The position numbers were made by a program, and so were the translations under genes. The notes under the pieces were generated by a model. That model was not told the DNA's origin. It ran no database searches and saw nothing but the letters and a program-made list of their open reading frames with translations. 64,000 bases of DNA, taken from Thermoproteota archaeon. GTDB taxonomy: Archaea; Thermoproteota; Thermoprotei; Thermofilales; B9-G17. Below are positions 58,784 to 64,000 of the stretch, piece after piece. The stretch's first letter is position 1, and each line of letters opens with the position of its first letter. The DNA lies in contig JAPDJW010000002.1 of the NCBI GenBank assembly GCA_029258885.1, forward strand, positions 544,001-608,000. The letters are read 5' to 3'.

Positions 58784-60331
58784 TTATATGTTACTTTTCA
58801 TAACCTTATCTAGAAGTTCTTTCATGTGTTCATTAACTATTCTCTTAAGCTTTATTTTTATTGGAATTTTTATTTTCAGTCTTTCCTCAAGGGCTTCAAT
58901 AGTCTCTAGAACCGATAGGCAGAAGTGTCGTTGAGTTAGTTCCTCCTGTATAGTTAGCTCCTCAAGTATAGTATTCCAGTTCAAGCGTGTTTTTAGAGTC
59001 TTAACTATTAACTCTATATCAAGTATATCCCTGAATCTATCAGTAACAGACTTTAATAGGACTATATCCTCGTTTGACGCTAGATATAGGGTTAGCCTAC
59101 CATATCTTCTAACGTCGGCCCGCCTTAACATGCTCTCGGTTAAAACGAGCTTACCTGCTATCCTATGGATATATAGGTCGATGCGGGGATATCCCTCCCT
59201 CTCAAATATCTCTACGCTTTTTCCTCTCTCCCTCTTTATAACCTCAAATTCTACATATCCCTTGTAACCTATCCTTTTTAACGCCTCGGAAATTGCTTCG
59301 AATTCGCTTCTCGACTGAACTACTAGATCTATATCTTTTGTTCCATCCTTCAAACGCCTTAAAACCATACATGCACCGCCAAAAAGATACGCTTTAACCT
59401 CCCTATCCAGCTTTCCTCCAAGTATCATAAAGAATTCTTCGGATAGCTTAGGATACCTTAATTTCTCGAGATCCACCGAATACATCCTGGCCTGCTCTTT
59501 AACCTCACTCCACGGGGGAAACAAGTCTCTCCTTTTCACATCCATGCCTCTAATGTACGCCTCAAGCTCCACCAGGTCTTCAAGTAGACTGTACTCCTCT
59601 GCAAGCTTCTGAAGCCTTCCATAATCGATTTTATCAATGTTTTTAGCATAGAATATCGCTATTAAGCCTCTTTCCTGAGGCGTCTCAGCCAAAATCCAAG
59701 CGTGGATAAGAGCCTCCTCAATTCCTATACTCATTGGCGGATAAACATAGTAGTCGTACGCTAAGCTAACCTCCACGCCCCATCTCCAGAAAACCGAGAA
59801 ACCCGTCAGGGATCCCTCGGATTTCACGCCACGAGGAACCTTTCTAAAAATCTTTCCTGCAACAATTTTCCCCCGCCTAGCTCCAAGCCACTCTAAAAGC
59901 ATTCGAAGCTTCGGATCATCAACTAGATAGTAAAGCCCTCTATCATACTTAACGGCCATAGATAAGGTCAGCTTCCTCAGCAGCCTTAGGACATGCTTAT
60001 AACTATAGCCTGTTGCTACGCTTATCTCCCTCGCCGACCTGGGCTTATCTAGAAGTAGCATTAAGACCTTAAAATAGCCCTTAGATAGAACAACTTCCAG
60101 ATCGTACCTTCGATGGAGCTCGAGTATAAGATCCGCTAGAAAGCGGTCAATGAAATATCTGCCACGCTTCCCCCGCAGAATTAATCCTCTATCCTCCAGT
60201 TTCCTTAGTATACGATATAACTGGCTATAGGATAGCCTAGTAGACTTTAAGAGGGCTTTAATATTTCCAGAACCTGCTCTAGTGATTTCCAGCAGAACCT
60301 TAACCTCACTCTTTGAGAACATCGCCATCAT
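58784..60331 (-). CDS. Tandem wHTH plus nucleotidyltransferase (DUF6036-like) fusion
   Basis: Two N-terminal wHTH units; YLFGGACM...GTKDIDLVV; LKSVTDRFRDILD. Confidence 0.75.
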   Translation of the reverse strand: MMAMFSKSEVKVLLEITRAGSGNIKALLKSTRLSYSQLYRILRKLEDRGLILRGKRGRYFIDRFLADLILELHRRYDLEVVLSKGYFKVLMLLLDKPRSAREISVATGYSYKHVLRLLRKLTLSMAVKYDRGLYYLVDDPKLRMLLEWLGARRGKIVAGKIFRKVPRGVKSEGSLTGFSVFWRWGVEVSLAYDYYVYPPMSIGIEEALIHAWILAETPQERGLIAIFYAKNIDKIDYGRLQKLAEEYSLLEDLVELEAYIRGMDVKRRDLFPPWSEVKEQARMYSVDLEKLRYPKLSEEFFMILGGKLDREVKAYLFGGACMVLRRLKDGTKDIDLVVQSRSEFEAISEALKRIGYKGYVEFEVIKRERGKSVEIFEREGYPRIDLYIHRIAGKLVLTESMLRRADVRRYGRLTLYLASNEDIVLLKSVTDRFRDILDIELIVKTLKTRLNWNTILEELTIQEELTQRHFCLSVLETIEALEERLKIKIPIKIKLKRIVNEHMKELLDKVMKSNI

Positions 60332-60429
60332 CTATGTCATTTAATGTTACCTAATGATACATAAAATGCAATAAACTTATAAACTTTTTTCAAAATAGAT
60401 GCCGTAAAAACCTATAAGATGACTGTTAA

Positions 60430-61100
60430 CTACTTTATCCTACCATCTATTAGCCTAAGGCTCCTGGAGGAGTACTCTGCAACCAATGGATCGTGTGTAA
60501 CGACGATTACTGTTGTTCCATGTTCCCTGTTGATTCTCTTAATTAGGTCGAGTACTGCAACCTTGGATTTATAGTCTAGGTTACCGGTAGGCTCGTCACA
60601 TACTAGAAGCTTAGGCTCGTTTATCAGTGCTCTAACTATCGCTATCCTCTGCCTCTCTCCACCGCTGAGTTGTGGAGGCCTATGTTTTTCCCTATGGGAT
60701 AGGCCGAGCATATCCAATAGCTTGCGTGCCTTCCTCCTACCCTCCTTAACGCTAGCTCCACTTATTATCGCTGGTAGGCTACGTTATCGAGAGCTGTCAG
60801 TTCGGGTATAAGGTTGTGGAACTGAAATACTATCCCTATATTACGTAGCCTAAACCTTGCAAGCTTCTTTTCGGGCATTGACGTGATGTCTACGCCACAT
60901 ACCTCAACCCGACCGCTGGTAGGCTTGTCGAGGGTTGAAATTATGTTTAGAAGCGTCGTCTTACCGCTTCCCGATGGACCCATTACACAGAGGAATTCTC
61001 CATGCTCCACTTTTAGGCTGACGCCTTTAAGGGCCTTAACTTCTATCGGCCTATCAACGTATACCTTAGTCACGTTATCCAGTTTAACTATGCTACTCAA
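60430..61100 (-). pseudogene. ABC ATPase split by a frameshift near 60775
   Basis: GPSGSGKT in 60765-61100; LSGGERQ, CDEPTGN in 60430-60717; ALDNVA-LPAII continuity needs one extra base. Confidence 0.8.
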
Positions 61101-62231
61101 ACCTCATAACCTCCGCAGGTCTTATTCTAGAGGCTCTATAGGCTGAGTAGGAGCATGAGATGGAGGATATGGTTAGCGAGAACAAGAGTGCGGAGAAGAA
61201 TATCCCTGTACTGAATCTGAAGGGAACTTTAAGCGAAAAATACTCTACCGTAGCCTCCTTAAGGTAGCTGGCCGTAGCTAAGGCTAGGGTTGCTCCAGCT
61301 AAATACCCCAGTATACCCCAGAGCACTGAAACTAGAAGATATATCAGGAAGACTTCCATCGAGGATGCTCCGATGGCCTTAAGTATGCCTATGCTCCTCT
61401 TCCTAGACTCCGTCAACATTACCATGACGTTTACTATACCTAGACCTGTAATAACGAGTATCGAGCCTATAAGGGCATTCGAATAGAAGCTTTCAACCTC
61501 CAGAAGCTGTAGGATATTCTCCGCCAGCTCACTCCAGGGCTTAGCATCGTAGCCCATACTCCTTAAATCCTCTGCTAAACTATCAGATTTAAAGGGATCA
61601 CGTAGCCTAACAGCCACAACGAGGCTTTTGAGACCTGTAAGGTCCCTAAGCTTGGGTAGGCTAATGTATACGATGTATGAATCCAGCCCGGCTACGCCAG
61701 TATTAAAGATACCGGATACCCTAAGCATCCATGGACGTCCACTAGGTAGGATTACCGTAACGTTTTCGCCAACATCGACTCTAAGTTCCTCCGCAAGCTT
61801 AACTCCAAGGATACAAGTATAGTTCTCAATAAGCCAGCCTCTCTCCACAATATATTCATCTATCCCGGACGCACTATGCTCCATCAAGTCATAGACCCCT
61901 ATTAGCCTAACTCGTGCGAATATTCTTCGTGAACTGCTAGAGCTTCACATAGAATTCTAGGTGAATAGGCCTCAACGACGCTGTAGCCTTCCAGTACATC
62001 AGCTAAGCCTTCAAGTCGGCTCTCGTTAATCCTGACTTCGACGTGGGGTACTGCTAGCCCTAGGGAGCGGGATAACGTTACCTCCGTTAAACCATTAAGC
62101 ATTGAATATGAAAGTAGATAGAGGAATGTAGCTCCCGTAACGGCGGCTATAATAACAACTGTCTGCTTCCTCCAACTCAAGAAGTACCTTGAGGCCATGA
62201 AGGCTATAAACCTGAAGTTAACATCCTCCAT
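61093..62231 (-). pseudogene. FtsX/LolE-like ABC permease split by a frameshift near 61915
   Basis: N-terminal TM in 61902-62231; ARVRLIGVYDLMEH continues in the frame of 61093-61887; RKRSIGILKAIGAS. Confidence 0.78.
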
Positions 62232-62234
62232 GAT

Positions 62235-62798
62235 TCAGCACCTCATGAACCTAACGACCTCCCTAACGACCTCAGATATCTTTCCAGAATCCTTGAAGGC
62301 CTCTGGATGTATCATGGCCTGAAACGATAGACCGTCGAGCATAGCCATAAAAAGCATAGCTTTCACTTCAGGCTCCCTAACGCCGTTACGTTTAAAGAAC
62401 TCGGTGAGTAGGTCAAGGTATCTGCTATACAGTTTTCCTACGATATCCCCCCTACCCCTCCTCCTAAGCTCCTCATATATATTGGCTAGGAAGAGCATAG
62501 CCTTAAAATTACCCTTCAACGTGACACTAGTGCTAAGCCTAACGATCCTCCCAATCTTCTCCTCAAAGGATGCGTTGCTTTCAAGTATAGAGTTCAGGGG
62601 ACGAGATACAATTATATCGAAGAACACCTTTAACACAGCCTCGGCTAAATCCGCCTTAGACTTAAAGTAGTGGAAGACAGCGCCCTTCGAAACACCAGCC
62701 TTAGACGCTACTTCCTCAACAGAAACCCTAGAATAAGGTCTTGATGAGAACAGCTTAAGGGCAGCCTCGATAATCTTCTTCTTAGTTTCGGAGATCAT
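62235..62798 (-). CDS. TetR/AcrR-family regulator
   Basis: KIIEAALKLF, SVEEVASKAGVSKGAVFHYFKSK. Confidence 0.93.
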   Translation of the reverse strand: MISETKKKIIEAALKLFSSRPYSRVSVEEVASKAGVSKGAVFHYFKSKADLAEAVLKVFFDIIVSRPLNSILESNASFEEKIGRIVRLSTSVTLKGNFKAMLFLANIYEELRRRGRGDIVGKLYSRYLDLLTEFFKRNGVREPEVKAMLFMAMLDGLSFQAMIHPEAFKDSGKISEVVREVVRFMRC

Positions 62799-62808
62799 AC
62801 AACATCAC

Positions 62809-62826
62809 ATACCGACCAGTCGGTAT
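62809..62826. promoter_or_regulatory. Probable TetR operator
   Basis: Perfect palindrome ATACCGAC-CA-GTCGGTAT 10 bp upstream of the tetR start, next to AT-rich promoter sequence. Confidence 0.8.
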
Positions 62827-63114
62827 TATATTAATACATATAAAATATAAGCTTTATCCATCCTACGGTCTAAGCTTCTCCTAGTGTACTCCATAAAGAG
62901 TAGCCCTACCTCCCAGTCGGATAGGCATTTTACCTCTGGAAGCTTTATCAAAATTCTTTAAAGTATTCAGCCAGTATGTTTTCGAGTGCTCCTAGGGCAA
63001 CTTGTTCAGCCATAACCACCATAATATTTTTATAAAAAGGGTATATAGCTCTATCAAAGGTGCATTATGTAACACTTTTAAGCTAGATTACAGCTATTTA
63101 CTATTGGTGATTTT

Positions 63115-63831
63115 ATGCCTGGATGGAAGAGGGTTTTAATAATTCTCCTTATACCCTTCGCCTTAAACTTGTCTATAAGCATGGTTATCTCGGCATATGC
63201 TGTCAGGCAGGCTATTGAGCGCGATTTACCGCCAGAGGAGATAGGGTTTGAGGCTGCTAAGGCCCTCTTCACCTACAACTTCTACTGGTCTATCATACAG
63301 GTCACCCTAGGGCTCTACCTAGCAGGGAAAATGGGCGGTATGAAGTGGATTAAAGAGCAGTTTTCAAGCGAGGATTTCACTAAGTCGAAGCTCAACAGCA
63401 TCCTAATAATTATTGGATTAATAGTGTTTTCCCAGCTCCTATTCATTATTGAATCCTATATTTCAGCGCTATCCTATGGGGGATACGATAAATATATTGA
63501 AATGTGGAATAGGCTGGTTAGTAGCCTCCCCCTCCTATCTAAAGTGTATTTAGTTGGGATAGCGCCCTTTACCGCTGGAATATTTGAGGAGATTATATGG
63601 AGAGGCTACGGCATTAATATGCTGGAGAAGGATTTTGACTCAAGGAAGGCAGTACTCCTGCAGGCTATAACCTTCGGACTATGGCATGTAACGCCATTGC
63701 ATGTTGTCTTCACATTTATCGTAGGGTTTGTATTCGGCTACATATATGTTAGGAGGAGGAAGCTCCTGGTAATATCGATAGCGCATATATTGACCGATAT
63801 AGTGGGCTTTGGCATGGCTTTTCTAAGATAA
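63115..63831 (+). CDS. CPBP/Abi (CAAX) intramembrane metalloprotease
   Basis: EEIIWRG, FGLWH, AHILTD. Confidence 0.9.
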   Translation: MPGWKRVLIILLIPFALNLSISMVISAYAVRQAIERDLPPEEIGFEAAKALFTYNFYWSIIQVTLGLYLAGKMGGMKWIKEQFSSEDFTKSKLNSILIIIGLIVFSQLLFIIESYISALSYGGYDKYIEMWNRLVSSLPLLSKVYLVGIAPFTAGIFEEIIWRGYGINMLEKDFDSRKAVLLQAITFGLWHVTPLHVVFTFIVGFVFGYIYVRRRKLLVISIAHILTDIVGFGMAFLR

Positions 63832-63863
63832 TACTTAAAATTTCCTTACTTTATTTATTACTC

Positions 63864-64000
63864 ATGTCTGAATTAATTGCGATACCAGAGGAAGTAATCA
63901 GCTATATCTACCTGATACTATACGTATTTATAATAGGGCTAATCCTAACCGTAATATACAGTTTTATAGAGTGGTTCTCTAAGGATAGGGTTATAAAACT
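63864..64000 (+). CDS. Partial membrane protein running off the window end
   Basis: MSELIAIPEEVISYIYLILYVFIIGLILTVIYSF... Confidence 0.5.
   Translation, partial: MSELIAIPEEVISYIYLILYVFIIGLILTVIYSFIEWFSKDRVIK

Overview
AT-rich archaeal window; gene content suggests a thermophilic TACK-type archaeon (inference). 0-36 kb is a defence island and 36-64 kb is mostly housekeeping, transport and TA genes. Two CRISPR arrays (45 and 15 repeats of 35 bp) are transcribed outward from near-identical inverted leaders. They enclose a ~12-kb cassette: nurA, a membrane protein, herA, a head-to-head pair of related wHTH proteins, two cas2, one intact and one apparently catalytically degenerate cas1, a Crn1-like CARF gene, cas4, a Zn-ribbon gene and an Argonaute split over two genes. 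The N-PAZ half lies at ~12.0-13.3 kb on + and is frameshifted; the MID-PIWI half lies at 16.9-18.1 kb on - and keeps a DEDH tetrad. No Cas10/Csm/Cmr/Cascade/Cas3 gene was recognised in the window, although five CARF genes and a stand-alone cas6 are present. This Argonaute + CRISPR adaptation + HerA/NurA cassette is the best candidate for an undescribed system. Other signals: a repeat-sequence switch inside array 2, spacer pairs sampling one protein site in diverged invader variants, spacers biased antisense to mRNA, a candidate MITE, a duplication around an RHH/aspartyl-protease cassette, an Arg/Trp-rich micro-ORF, and several frameshifts that may be real or assembly errors. All family calls come from motifs recognised by eye; no searches were run.
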